64,000 nucleotides of DNA from an uncultured Candidatus Saccharibacteria bacterium (GCA_964386665.1 CAYLQP010000003.1:28731-92730), one strand, 5' to 3'. Shown: positions 28,952 through 39,366, counted from the first letter of the stretch. A program made the numbers and translations. Notes: generated from the sequence alone by a model not told the origin.

Positions 28952-30094
28952 CTACTGCGTATTACCAGGGAGCGGAAATTCAACCTCCAAATCTGAGATT
29001 TTTTGAAAACCAATGTTTTGTTCAACGTATCGAAGGAGTCGATCCAAGTCACCATCACGATCACTGCTTTTTAGTACAACAATTGCAATCCGTCTTTTTT
29101 GTTTTTCTTTTTCTCCTGGAACCGTTAGTGCAACGTCATAGAGTGACACAGAAGTTTTGAGCGCCTCATCAGTAAAGCCATTCTTACCTCCTACAAAAGA
29201 AGCTCGCCGAAGTTGGTTGTTACCATTTTGCCACTTATGAGTTCGGATTGCGTATTCTTTTACCCGAGTGATATCCCAAAGCTCTGGATATGATGCGTCA
29301 ATGAACTGAGCAAGTCTAAACAAATCTCTCGCGGTCGAAACGTTTTTGTGAGATAGTCCACTTGGATCAGTAAAGGATGTATCCACCATCAAAATATCAG
29401 AAGCTTTTTCATTGATTCTTTTCATAAAAGTGTCGCGACCAAGTCCACTTGCAACTACCTCTGCTGCATCGTTTGACGATTCGATAAGGAGTGGGTAGAA
29501 CAAATCAGTCAAAGCTATTTTTTCTCCTGCAAAAAGCCCACCCGATGTGCCATATGTATTTATTGAAGAACGACTTACCGTAATCACCTTATGAAGATCA
29601 ATTTCTTCCTTGGCAACAACCGCAGTAAGAAGTTTTGAGATTGATGCGATTGGAAGAACCATATCTCCATTTTTCTCTAGAATAATGTTACCTGTTGCCA
29701 CGTCACCTACCAAAAAGCTCAATCCTCGTGTTTGTGGTAGTGCTAGTTTTTTGTTCAAGGTCAGATAATCCACGTCTTCTTCTGTTGAAGAAACCACATC
29801 ATCTGATCCAAGAAGCTTTTCTTCAGTTGTTGTTGCAACCTGGTAGACTACGACCTGTTTGGTACTAAAGACTTCTTTAAGTGCAAGAAGTGATTTTTCT
29901 GAAACTTGTGCAACACTGCCAAACAAAATAAATCCCGAAAAAAAAGCCATCAAAACCCATACAAATGTTGTATGTTTGAATGTTGGGGGTTCTTTCAGCA
30001 ACTCAAAGACTCTCTGACGATGTGGTCCGAGTGTTGTAGGAGTTACATATACCTTTGGCTGTTTGTATGCAAACGGATTTTTGGGATCAATCAT
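28952..30094 (-). CDS. Serine D-Ala-D-Ala carboxypeptidase (peptidase S11), membrane anchored
   Basis: PIASISK (SxxK), SSNDAA (SxN), KNG at KTG position. Confidence 0.88.
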   Translation of the reverse strand: MIDPKNPFAYKQPKVYVTPTTLGPHRQRVFELLKEPPTFKHTTFVWVLMAFFSGFILFGSVAQVSEKSLLALKEVFSTKQVVVYQVATTTEEKLLGSDDVVSSTEEDVDYLTLNKKLALPQTRGLSFLVGDVATGNIILEKNGDMVLPIASISKLLTAVVAKEEIDLHKVITVSRSSINTYGTSGGLFAGEKIALTDLFYPLLIESSNDAAEVVASGLGRDTFMKRINEKASDILMVDTSFTDPSGLSHKNVSTARDLFRLAQFIDASYPELWDITRVKEYAIRTHKWQNGNNQLRRASFVGGKNGFTDEALKTSVSLYDVALTVPGEKEKQKRRIAIVVLKSSDRDGDLDRLLRYVEQNIGFQKISDLEVEFPLPGNTQ

Positions 30095-32493
30095 ACTATC
30101 TTTATATCAAGGGTTTTATTATCTTTCAAGAAGAATGTCACTCGAGATCCAGAAGAAATGTCTCCTGCAATCATTCGCTCTGCAATAATCTGTTCTACTT
30201 CGTTTTGAATCGCTCGATTCATTGGTCGAGCTCCGAACTTAGGATCAGTTCCTTGAGATACAAGATAGTTAACAAGATCCTCACTTTGTTCAAGAATGAC
30301 ACTTTTTTCACGCATTCTTTTTGCAAGTCTTTCTACCAAAAGTTTTGCAATATCTTTGAGATGAGTTTCGGTTAATGGATGGAACAAAATAATAGCATCA
30401 AAACGGTTAAGTAATTCTGGTTTAAAGATTCCTGCATTGATAATAGATTCAACCACTTCATCTTTTTTTGTATTAATATCTTCTCCCTTGAGTGCATACT
30501 CAAAGAGCATTTCGCTTCCCGCGTTAGAAGTAGCAATAAATATATTGTTTTTTGCATTAATACTTCGTCCTGCCGAATCACTAAACTGTCCTTCATCAAG
30601 CACCTGCAAAAAGAGATTGAGTACATCTTTATTTGTCTTTTCGAACTCATCCAACAACACCACTCCATAGGGACGTTCTTTTATTTTGCGCACCAAAACC
30701 CCTTGTTCTTCACTTCCAAAATATCCAATCAGTTTCGAAAGTGCATCCGCACCATTGTATTCACTCATATCAAAACGAGAAATATTTTCTTCAGATCCAA
30801 AAAAGATATCAGCGAGAGCCTTAGTTGTTTCTGTCTTCCCTACTCCTGTAGGACCAAGGAAAAGAAAAGAACCTATCGGTCTATCAGGATTTCGAACTCC
30901 TGAACGACTTCGCCTGAGTGCATTACTAATCACTTTGACCGCTTCATCTTGTCCAACCACTCGTTTATGAAGCGTATCTTCGAGGTGTAACAGAAGTGCT
31001 TTTTCTTCACCCTTAGGAGCTTCTGTTGGCATCCCTGTTTTTGATCCAATCAGTTTCAGTATAGTTTCTCTTGTGATGACATATGAGCCCAGTGAAGCAC
31101 TAAATGGAACTGATTCAGTGATAATATCTTTTGCTTTATCTGCAACACCATATGCATCAAAATATCTGCGAACTCCATCACGGATAGTTTCAAGAGCCAA
31201 AAACGTAAAGAAAAACCGACTTTCGTTTTCTATTTTTTCGGCCTCAGTTTCAAGTAAAGAAAGAATTCCTCTCGCATCACTTATCTCTGTTTGAATAACT
31301 TCAAAGTTCTCCATAATCGATGCGTTGTGTGATATATGACTTGTAAACATCTCTTTCGAATCAAGAGCAATGATTTGAAGTGTTGGTGCTAAAAAGAAGG
31401 GTCGAATAATCGAAAGCGCATCTGATCCAATCGCTTTTGCACTTTCAAGAAAACTAGAAAAATAAGGAATTACTACAATCACATTCAGTGCTTTCATTGC
31501 CTCAACAAGCAAATCTTCTAGATTGCGCTCAAAAGAGATTTTGTCAGTTGCACTTTCAACCAATAAGTTTGTTTCAATCACAAACACTCTTTTTTTTGAA
31601 AGTGGAGAAAGCACTTTTCCTTGACCAATCTTTCGAGCAAGCATTGTCACCACATCCATTCGACTCGCCTCATCATCAGATACAACAAGAGCGTTCCCTC
31701 CTTTGCTTTTTGCGAGAACCGATTCGAGGCGACTCACGGTTGCTTTATGCATACTTTGATACGCCTCAAAATGAGATGACTGAATATGCGTAATATCTCG
31801 TCCATAACGCTCCAAGGTAAACGTTTCTCCATAAGACCAGTTTTTTCCAATACCTTCGATACGAGAAAGTTTCTCTTTTGACCAAAAACGTTCTTCTTGA
31901 ATCTCATCTTCGTTTTTCTTCAATACCCACAAAAAGGCGCCCTCAAAATCATTGAAAGAAACATTCTTCTTCAAAAGCAATTCTTGTAACCCATTGTCAC
32001 TTTCATACAGTGTTTTAACATAAAGCAGGAAATTTATTTCCTTTGGAAAAAGTGATCCGAGGCTTTTTGTGATCAGTGTTCTTGATTGAATAAACTCTTT
32101 GATTTCGTCTTCGGTAAATTCAAGCCTCTTGAATACTTCGTCTCCCAAACTTGAAATCAAAAAACCCTGAGTGAGATCTCCTCCTTCACTATAATAAAGC
32201 ATTCTTGCTACTTCAAATGGTATATTTGGAACCTCGTCTTGTGAATATTCATACAAAGAATAAAAATAAGCATCAATACAAAATAACCAAAGCCAAAAAA
32301 AGAAACTAAACGCAAACACTCCTTTGATTTGAGCGACGCCCGTATCAACAAACAAACTTGCAATAAAAGTAAGGAGTGCAATACTTCCAAAAAGTTTTTT
32401 TAGAACCATTCTTGTGTTATGCGAAACCAGGTCTTCAAGTACAAGAAGTGGATATATAGAGCTTAATGTCTTTTTTAAGAAAGGATTGTTCAT
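30091..32493 (-). CDS. ClpA/B-like AAA+ ATPase with N-terminal TM helices and degenerate first AAA module
   Basis: Second module GPTGVGKT, RFDMSEY, LLDEFEK, PELLNRFD, GARPM; no Walker A in first module. Confidence 0.9.
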   Translation of the reverse strand: MNNPFLKKTLSSIYPLLVLEDLVSHNTRMVLKKLFGSIALLTFIASLFVDTGVAQIKGVFAFSFFFWLWLFCIDAYFYSLYEYSQDEVPNIPFEVARMLYYSEGGDLTQGFLISSLGDEVFKRLEFTEDEIKEFIQSRTLITKSLGSLFPKEINFLLYVKTLYESDNGLQELLLKKNVSFNDFEGAFLWVLKKNEDEIQEERFWSKEKLSRIEGIGKNWSYGETFTLERYGRDITHIQSSHFEAYQSMHKATVSRLESVLAKSKGGNALVVSDDEASRMDVVTMLARKIGQGKVLSPLSKKRVFVIETNLLVESATDKISFERNLEDLLVEAMKALNVIVVIPYFSSFLESAKAIGSDALSIIRPFFLAPTLQIIALDSKEMFTSHISHNASIMENFEVIQTEISDARGILSLLETEAEKIENESRFFFTFLALETIRDGVRRYFDAYGVADKAKDIITESVPFSASLGSYVITRETILKLIGSKTGMPTEAPKGEEKALLLHLEDTLHKRVVGQDEAVKVISNALRRSRSGVRNPDRPIGSFLFLGPTGVGKTETTKALADIFFGSEENISRFDMSEYNGADALSKLIGYFGSEEQGVLVRKIKERPYGVVLLDEFEKTNKDVLNLFLQVLDEGQFSDSAGRSINAKNNIFIATSNAGSEMLFEYALKGEDINTKKDEVVESIINAGIFKPELLNRFDAIILFHPLTETHLKDIAKLLVERLAKRMREKSVILEQSEDLVNYLVSQGTDPKFGARPMNRAIQNEVEQIIAERMIAGDISSGSRVTFFLKDNKTLDIKIV

Positions 32494-32879
32494 ATTCTAT
32501 GAAGAAAAAGTTTAATAGATGATACAAAAAGAAATACGAGAATCACTGGAATCAATGTCCACACTACAAAGACTGCACCGAACACGACAACTGCAAACAC
32601 GACACAACATAGACCTATCAGAATAACAATGCTTCGTGCAAAAAACCCTACTCCTCGCATTAACACATTGATTGCAACTGACGCAAACCATTCTCCTATA
32701 TGAAACCCTCCTCGGTATCTTTCACCAAGTCTCTGCCAAGGCGCAAACAACGTTCGTATTAAATCTTTGATTGAAAAGAGATGGAACAAAAACCAAACCG
32801 TGTTTTTAAGCAACGTAAAAATTTCTTTGTAGGCTTTTGTGTAATGCCAAATGATCCCAGAAAAAAAAAGTTGTAACAT
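32490..32879 (-). CDS. Small membrane protein coupled to the Clp-like gene
   Basis: WHY, FSI..L..TLFAPW, long hydrophobic C-terminus; 4-nt overlap. Confidence 0.75.
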   Translation of the reverse strand: MLQLFFSGIIWHYTKAYKEIFTLLKNTVWFLFHLFSIKDLIRTLFAPWQRLGERYRGGFHIGEWFASVAINVLMRGVGFFARSIVILIGLCCVVFAVVVFGAVFVVWTLIPVILVFLFVSSIKLFLHRI

Positions 32880-32911
32880 ACTCTTTTAGTATACAATAAA
32901 GCAGACAGAGT

Positions 32912-33769
32912 TTAAAATGCAGATGTGGAAACACTTTTCATTACTCCCGAAGATGTGTGTTTCTGTTTAAAAAAAACTTTTGTTCCGAAACGAACATCGA
33001 TATATTCAAGAGAAGACGGGTTCGGAGACACTTTTTTAAATTCATTTGATGCAAAAAGGGTCTTTATCACCTTGATTGTTTCCTCTGATTTTTTTGTGAG
33101 ATCAACCTTGATTTTGAGTCCACCAGAAAGAGTAAGAATAGTCTCCCGCAAAGTAACAACATCAATACGTTCTGTTACAAGCGTATACTGCAAAAGAGCT
33201 TCGGTTATACGAAAAACTTCTTTTAAAAGAGCTTCATCCAAAAAGGTCTTTCCAAGAGGATTAGCATCAGTAATAATCCCTGTGAATATCTGATACACCC
33301 CACCAGAAAAGACAGGGGCCTGCGAAAATACGAGCCCAGCCGCATCAATAAAAAAACATTCTTTTTCTGTCTGACACCACAGCGCATAACTCCCTCGTTC
33401 TTTTATCTTGATTTCAAGGGTGTTTTTGTTAACCTGCATCTGCAATTCTTCTACCCGGCCAAATTCTTTTTGAATGGCATTTGTTAGTTCACCTTCTGGG
33501 TAGACTAATCTATTTTTTTTAGGAATAACAAACAAGTACTCTGACTCAAGGGTTTTGTGTACGAGTTCTTTGATGTGTTCCGCTTCAATAATCTGATTAC
33601 CAGAAACAGACACATCAGTGATATACAAAAACGGCGCCCGAAATACAAAAAATAAAATAAGTACGCACACAACGCACACAGAAAAAAATATTGAAAGAAA
33701 AATAATTCGTTTTCTTTTTTTCTCTTTTATTAGTTTTGAAGAAACAAGGGGGGTGCGTCGAGACTGCAT
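32912..33769 (-). CDS. ftsQ: FtsQ/DivIB-like cell division protein
   Basis: Basic N-terminus, TM, POTRA-like region (VSVSGN...IKIKER), YIDVRF; start MQSRR at 33769. Confidence 0.75.
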   Translation of the reverse strand: MQSRRTPLVSSKLIKEKKRKRIIFLSIFFSVCVVCVLILFFVFRAPFLYITDVSVSGNQIIEAEHIKELVHKTLESEYLFVIPKKNRLVYPEGELTNAIQKEFGRVEELQMQVNKNTLEIKIKERGSYALWCQTEKECFFIDAAGLVFSQAPVFSGGVYQIFTGIITDANPLGKTFLDEALLKEVFRITEALLQYTLVTERIDVVTLRETILTLSGGLKIKVDLTKKSEETIKVIKTLFASNEFKKVSPNPSSLEYIDVRFGTKVFFKQKHTSSGVMKSVSTSAF

Positions 33770-33785
33770 ACAAGTTTTTTTTGAG

Positions 33786-35069
33786 CTAGGTTCTCGTGAT
33801 TTTTGTTTTTCCAAACATCCACTTTTGAAGAACATCAGGAATAAGAATACTTCCATCTGCTTGCTGATAATTTTCCATAATAGCAATTAGAGTCCGTCCA
33901 ACCGCAACTACTGTTGCATCATTCATATGAACACTTTCAAGTCTTCCATCAGATCGTTTCACTCTTGTACCGAGACGGCGTGGTTGAAATCCTCCAATAC
34001 AATCAGCACTGTGTGTTTCTCGATACTTATCTTGTCCTGGCATCCACGTCTCAATATCGATTTGTCTATAATCAGGAAATCCCATATCTCCAGTACACAC
34101 CGCAACTACCTGATAAGGCAGTTTTAGACTACGAAGAATATATTCTTGTATTGCAACAAGAAACTCTTGTTCAGAGAGAGAATGTTCAGGAAGAGAAAAC
34201 ACTTCTGCCTCTAGTTTATCGAACTGATGCACTCGAAGTATTCCTTTTGTGTCTTTTCCGTAGCTTCCTGCTTCACGTCTAAATGCAGTTGAATATCCAG
34301 CATAACGAATCGGTAAATCTTTTTCATCAAATATCTCATCCATATGCATTGGACCAAGAGCATGTTCCGCAGAACCAACAAGCATTAAGTCGTCTTCTGG
34401 AAACATATAGTGTTCTTCAGGGGTAAGGAAGCGTGCCATTCGGTTTTGCACTGCTGGTTTTACAAACACAGGTGGAATAACAGGAATAAATGGATTTACA
34501 TCAAGAGTCACTCCCGCATCAGTTGCAATCTTTTGAAGTGTTTCTTTGTTTACCAATGTTTCAAGACAAAACTGCAACAATGCAAATTGAAGCAATGCTA
34601 AATCTCCTTTCAAATATCCAAACCGACTTCCCGCTACTTCGGTTGCAGTTTCAATGTCTAAAATATCCAAATCAGCACCAAGTTCAAAATGTTCTTTTGG
34701 AGTAAAGCTAAACGTTGGTTTCTCACCCCACTGTCGAATGATTTTGTTTTCAGTATCATCTTTTCCTATTGGAGTATCAGGTGAAGGAATATTTGGAACT
34801 TTGAGCATAAGTGCCATAAAGGTTTTATCAGCTTCTTTAAATTGTGCTTCAAGAGACTCGCTTTCGGCTTTGAGTTTTTGACCTAGTTCAACATCTCTGT
34901 TTTGTTGAGCGAGATTTCTTTTGCTATTGAGCTCATCGAGCTGTGTTCGTAAATCTTTTTTCTTTTCAAACAAAGTAAGCAACTCATCGATACTAATATC
35001 GCGGTTTTTGTTCTTGCAGGCAAGTTCTACAATTTCTTTATTTTCTTTTATAAATTTAATGTCGAGCAT
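33786..35069 (-). CDS. serS: Serine--tRNA ligase
   Basis: MLDIKFI, FRREAGSYGKDTKGILRVHQFDKLE, AIMENYQ. Confidence 0.98.
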   Translation of the reverse strand: MLDIKFIKENKEIVELACKNKNRDISIDELLTLFEKKKDLRTQLDELNSKRNLAQQNRDVELGQKLKAESESLEAQFKEADKTFMALMLKVPNIPSPDTPIGKDDTENKIIRQWGEKPTFSFTPKEHFELGADLDILDIETATEVAGSRFGYLKGDLALLQFALLQFCLETLVNKETLQKIATDAGVTLDVNPFIPVIPPVFVKPAVQNRMARFLTPEEHYMFPEDDLMLVGSAEHALGPMHMDEIFDEKDLPIRYAGYSTAFRREAGSYGKDTKGILRVHQFDKLEAEVFSLPEHSLSEQEFLVAIQEYILRSLKLPYQVVAVCTGDMGFPDYRQIDIETWMPGQDKYRETHSADCIGGFQPRRLGTRVKRSDGRLESVHMNDATVVAVGRTLIAIMENYQQADGSILIPDVLQKWMFGKTKITRT

Positions 35070-35335
35070 ACAAAAAAGTATAACATATTATATAAAATTT
35101 GAAAAAATCGATTTATAGAAATGAGTAAGGTCCGGATTGCTTTCGCAAACCGGACCTAAGAAAATTTTAGTTAATCCCCTGATCTAGGAGAAAAACAAAG
35201 AACCAACCTCGCTTCCAACCAAGAAGCATCCTTACATACCATTCAAACCAAGAGCTTACACTCACAATATCTCGAAGTTAATCAAGATGTTATCTCGTTT
35301 TCACGAGATCTGCTCCTTTCTTTCCTTAAGAAGCT

Positions 35336-35617
35336 TCAATCTTTGATAAGCTGATAATGAATCATCTCACTTCCTCCATCCGATGATTCAGCCATAGTGT
35401 AAAGATCACGTTTTATAATCTTACCCTTGTTGCTTCTGTACACAAAAATATAATCCCATTCACTCTGGAATTCCTGCTGTTCTTCTGACAAACTCACAAT
35501 TGTCCAATGACCCGGAAGCAACTCAGATTCTGTAGGCAAACGGGCATTGCACCTTTTTGCCTCACTCTCCAGGTCTTGTTTAGTTAAGACTTCGGCCGTC
35601 GAGAGTATTATATTCAT
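35336..35617 (-). CDS. Hypothetical protein (solo cassette)
   Basis: 93 aa ORF with RLPTESEL; consensus promoter upstream. Confidence 0.5.
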   Translation of the reverse strand: MNIILSTAEVLTKQDLESEAKRCNARLPTESELLPGHWTIVSLSEEQQEFQSEWDYIFVYRSNKGKIIKRDLYTMAESSDGGSEMIHYQLIKD

Positions 35618-35732
35618 TTTTAAGTACCGTGAGGGTAATTATTCACGGCTTTAAACATTTAAAATATTTAAAGGCTTAAAGCCGTGAATAAATCTTGGTT
35701 TTTATGATGTAAATGTAATTTTTACTGTACAT

Positions 35733-35760
35733 ATTATATCATAATATACTAAATTGTCAA
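35733..35760 (-). promoter_or_regulatory. Consensus sigma70 promoter
   Basis: TTGACA-16-TATAAT with TG extension. Confidence 0.75.
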
Positions 35761-35799
35761 GTATATTATCCTTATCTAAAAAGAGTTAAGATAGTGTAT

Positions 35800-36672
35800 A
35801 TGCTCTCTTCCTTCCCTATCAAAAAACTCACTCCTGAAGAATTCCCTCAAGCGCTTTTGGAAATCCCACAGGTTCCTAAACAATTATTTATTCGTGGTAC
35901 GTTTCCAAAAGATCTCGTAATGCTCGCAGTTGTTGGTACTCGCAAATATACTCCTTATGGTAAAGAAGTATGCAAAAAACTCATCGCAGGACTACAAGGG
36001 TATCCGATCTGTATTGTTTCAGGTCTTGCTCTTGGAATCGATGCGATTGCTCATGAAGCAGCCTTGAACTCAAAACTTGCCACTCTTGCAGTTCCAGGTT
36101 CAGGGCTAGATAGCAGTGTGATCTACCCTCGAAGTAATCTTTCACTTGCCGAAAGAATCCTGAACACAGGAGGATGTCTTCTTTCAGAATTTCTTCCAAC
36201 CGAAAAGGCAGCTCTTTGGACCTTCCCACAAAGAAATCGCATTATGGCAGGGCTTGCAAAAGCCGTACTTATTATTGAAGCAGAAGAAAAAAGCGGCACA
36301 CTCATCACTGCTCGGCTTGCAATAGAATATAACCGAGATGTACTCACTGTTCCCGGATCGATCTTTTCACCTACTAGTTCTGGACCCGCCCTTCTCCTTC
36401 GTCTTGGTGCAACTCCTATTACAAAAAGTGAAGATATTCTTGAAGCACTTGGTTTTTCAAAAGAAACAAAACAAAATATAGCTGATACTCTTTTTGATGA
36501 TTTGAATGAAGAAGAAAAACAAATTGTTATGTTACTTAAAGAATCTCCTTACAGTCGTGAAGACCTCGCAACAAAAAGTAATTTTGATATTTCAAAACTA
36601 AATACAATCCTTATGATGCTTGAAATCAAAGGAGTTACAAATGAGTTACTTGGTAAAATTATTTTGCGTTAA
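35800..36672 (+). CDS. dprA: DNA-processing protein DprA
   Basis: AVVGTR, IVSGLALGIDAIAH, FPQRNRIMAGL, SGTLITA. Confidence 0.97.
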   Translation: MLSSFPIKKLTPEEFPQALLEIPQVPKQLFIRGTFPKDLVMLAVVGTRKYTPYGKEVCKKLIAGLQGYPICIVSGLALGIDAIAHEAALNSKLATLAVPGSGLDSSVIYPRSNLSLAERILNTGGCLLSEFLPTEKAALWTFPQRNRIMAGLAKAVLIIEAEEKSGTLITARLAIEYNRDVLTVPGSIFSPTSSGPALLLRLGATPITKSEDILEALGFSKETKQNIADTLFDDLNEEEKQIVMLLKESPYSREDLATKSNFDISKLNTILMMLEIKGVTNELLGKIILR

Positions 36673-36714
36673 TATTTGCCAAAAAATACATTTACATATA
36701 TGTTATAGAAATAT

Positions 36715-38985
36715 ATGTCACATACATCAAAAAAACTTCTCATCGTCGAGTCCCCTGCAAAAGCAAAAACAATCGAGAAATATCTCGAAGGTGCTTATAC
36801 TGTGCGCGCTTCCATTGGGCACGTTCGTGATCTTCCCTCTTCAAACAAAAAAGCAATTGATATAGAAGCAGGATTTGTTCCCCATTATGAAATTTCAAAA
36901 GGAAAAGAAAAAGTAATCGACGAACTCAAATCAATCGCAAAAAAATCAGACACAATCCTCCTTGCAACTGACCCCGACCGAGAAGGAGAAGCTATCGCTT
37001 GGCATTTAAGTGAATTACTTAAAACATCTACAAAAGGCAAAGAAGTTCACCGAGTGACATATCACGAAATCACCAAAGAAGCGATAGAAGAAGCCTTGAA
37101 ACATCCGCGTCCAATTGACCAACATCTACGCCAAGCTCAAGAAGCTCGTCGTGTGCTTGACCGTCTGGTTGGATACGATCTCTCAGGTATCATCTGGAAA
37201 AAAGTTCGTTATGGACTCTCAGCAGGACGAGTTCAATCTCCAGCACTGCGTATACTTATGGAACGAGAACGAGAAATTCGCAGTTTCACCCCTGAACAAT
37301 ACTTTGTCATTTCTGGTCTTTTTGAAACACAAAAAAAAGATACACTAACACTTACTTGTGCAATCGAGCCAAAGGAAGCAGTAGAAGCAAAACGAATCGT
37401 TGATCTTGCAAATGCACATCCGTGGCATATTGTTGATATTGAACATACTGAAGTCAAACGTGCACCAAAAGCTCCATTTACTACTTCTACTCTCCAACAA
37501 TCAGCTTCGACACGATACGGATTCTCTCCTTCAAACACAATGCGAATAGCTCAAAAGCTTTATGAACAAGGACATATCACCTATATGCGAACAGACAGTA
37601 CAAACCTTGCAGAAAGTGCTTTGAAAACAATCGCACAAACAATAAAAGAAATGTACGGAAATAACTATCTTGAACATCGAACATTCAAGGCGAAATCAAA
37701 AAATGCTCAAGAAGCTCACGAAGCAATCCGTCCAACCCATATCGAAAAGACATCACTTGGCAACACCGAAGAAGAAAAGAAACTTTATCGACTTATTTGG
37801 GCACGAACGATTGCAAGTCAAATGAGTGATGCAAAAATGTCTCGAACAAAAATCATTGCAAACATTGCTACTGCAAACCAAATCCCTGACTTTTCTGCCA
37901 CTGGTTCAACTATTGCATTTGATGGGTGGCTTCGAGGAGATCCTGATGCAAAAGGAGAAGAAAACATTTTGCCTCAAGTTGCAAAAAACGAAACACTCAA
38001 ACTCCTTGAAATCCAAAACGAAGCCAAGCAAACTCTTCCTCCAAACCGTTACAGTGAAGCAGGACTTATCAAAGAACTTGAAAAACGTGGAATTGGAAGA
38101 CCTTCTACCTATGCTGCAATCATTAGAACACTTGAGGAACGCGAGTACGTCACAAAAGAAAACAAAGCACTAAAACCAACAGACACAGGAGATGTTGTTT
38201 CAACTTTTCTTGAAGAAAACTTTGCCAATTATATTAGTGATACATTTACCGCAGAAATGGAAGATGAACTCGATGAAATCGCCAACGGTACTAGAGAATA
38301 CGAAAAAACACTACGAGACTTTTATACTCCGTTTACAAAAGAGCTCAAAGAAAAAGACAAGCTCGCCAAAGCAACGACGTTTGGCGAAGCAGACAGTAAA
38401 CACAGATGTCCAAAATGTGGAAGTGGAATGCTTATCAAACTTTCACGAGGTGGTAAGTTTCTTAGTTGTGAAAAATTTCCAGACTGTACTGGGGCACTCA
38501 CTCTCGAAGGACTTGAAATCAAAAGTGATGAACCAATTGGAATTGACCCAGTAAGTGGGCTTCCTATCTTTGTAAAAACAGGACGTTTTGGACCATATGT
38601 ACAACTTGGAATACAAATTAAAAAAACAAAGGCAAAAACAAAAAAGAAAAAAGAAGGTACAGCAGAAACAGCTGAAGAGCCAAAAGGTACTGTAACCAAA
38701 GCTCGAATGGCTTCAATTCCAAAAGAAGTCAATCCAAACGATGTCACAGTTCCAATGGCAATGAAATATCTGTCCCTTCCACGAGTTCTTGGAACACACC
38801 CTCAAAGTGGGAAAGAAATTCTTGCAAACAAAGGACGGTTTGGTCCTTATATTGTGCACGATGGAGATTTCCGATCACTAAAAAAAGATGATGTGTTTGA
38901 AATCACACTTGAGCGCGCACTTGAAATCCTCAGTGAAGAAAAGAAAGTAGGTCGTGGACGATTTACAAAAAAGAAAAAAGAATAA
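36715..38985 (+). CDS. topA: DNA topoisomerase I
   Basis: IVESPAKAKTI, ATDPDREGEAI, SAGRVQS, ITYMRTDS; zinc finger and C-terminal repeats. Confidence 0.98.
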   Translation: MSHTSKKLLIVESPAKAKTIEKYLEGAYTVRASIGHVRDLPSSNKKAIDIEAGFVPHYEISKGKEKVIDELKSIAKKSDTILLATDPDREGEAIAWHLSELLKTSTKGKEVHRVTYHEITKEAIEEALKHPRPIDQHLRQAQEARRVLDRLVGYDLSGIIWKKVRYGLSAGRVQSPALRILMEREREIRSFTPEQYFVISGLFETQKKDTLTLTCAIEPKEAVEAKRIVDLANAHPWHIVDIEHTEVKRAPKAPFTTSTLQQSASTRYGFSPSNTMRIAQKLYEQGHITYMRTDSTNLAESALKTIAQTIKEMYGNNYLEHRTFKAKSKNAQEAHEAIRPTHIEKTSLGNTEEEKKLYRLIWARTIASQMSDAKMSRTKIIANIATANQIPDFSATGSTIAFDGWLRGDPDAKGEENILPQVAKNETLKLLEIQNEAKQTLPPNRYSEAGLIKELEKRGIGRPSTYAAIIRTLEEREYVTKENKALKPTDTGDVVSTFLEENFANYISDTFTAEMEDELDEIANGTREYEKTLRDFYTPFTKELKEKDKLAKATTFGEADSKHRCPKCGSGMLIKLSRGGKFLSCEKFPDCTGALTLEGLEIKSDEPIGIDPVSGLPIFVKTGRFGPYVQLGIQIKKTKAKTKKKKEGTAETAEEPKGTVTKARMASIPKEVNPNDVTVPMAMKYLSLPRVLGTHPQSGKEILANKGRFGPYIVHDGDFRSLKKDDVFEITLERALEILSEEKKVGRGRFTKKKKE

Positions 38986-39170
38986 AATTTTTCCTCGTCC
39001 GTATACCCACTAGCTTGCTGTCCCCCTCGTTTCACTCGGCGGGGTATTATACGAGGAATCAGGGAAAATTTTGTTTGTAGAGAGTTTCTACGCAAACTCT
39101 GTTATCATCTCCTCGTGAGCTCGCTCCGAGGTATTTCAAGAATAAAAAAAGCTTGTCATCACGACAAGCA
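38984..39170. repeat. REP-like multi-hairpin intergenic element
   Basis: aaaatttttcct...agggaaaatttt outer stem; further hairpins agagttt/aaactct, cctcg/cgagg, gcttgtc/gacaagc. Confidence 0.55.
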
Positions 39171-39171
39171 A

Positions 39172-39339
39172 TTAATCTTCATCTTCATCATCTAGACCCT
39201 CTTCAACACTAGCTTCATCAGGATCATCCTCACAGTCTGTTGAGGGACCACCCTCTATATGAACCTTTATTTCTCGTTCTAACTGAGTTGCAGGATCATA
39301 ATATCCAGGAGGTATGCTGTCAAAAGAATAACGTTCCAT
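39172..39339 (-). CDS. Small acidic protein (55 aa)
   Basis: Manual translation MERYSFDSIPPGYYDPATQLEREIKVHIEGGPSTDCEDDPDEASVEEGLDDEDED, 27 nt after parB stop. Confidence 0.55.
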   Translation of the reverse strand: MERYSFDSIPPGYYDPATQLEREIKVHIEGGPSTDCEDDPDEASVEEGLDDEDED

Positions 39340-39366
39340 AACTAAATCAAGTCTATCAAACCAGTT

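Noticed and set aside
35168-35266. Short Trp-rich frame (VSVSSWFEWYVRMLLGWKRGWFFVFLLDQGIN) on the minus strand before a hairpin
   Set aside because: About 32 codons with a weak start context and no independent support.
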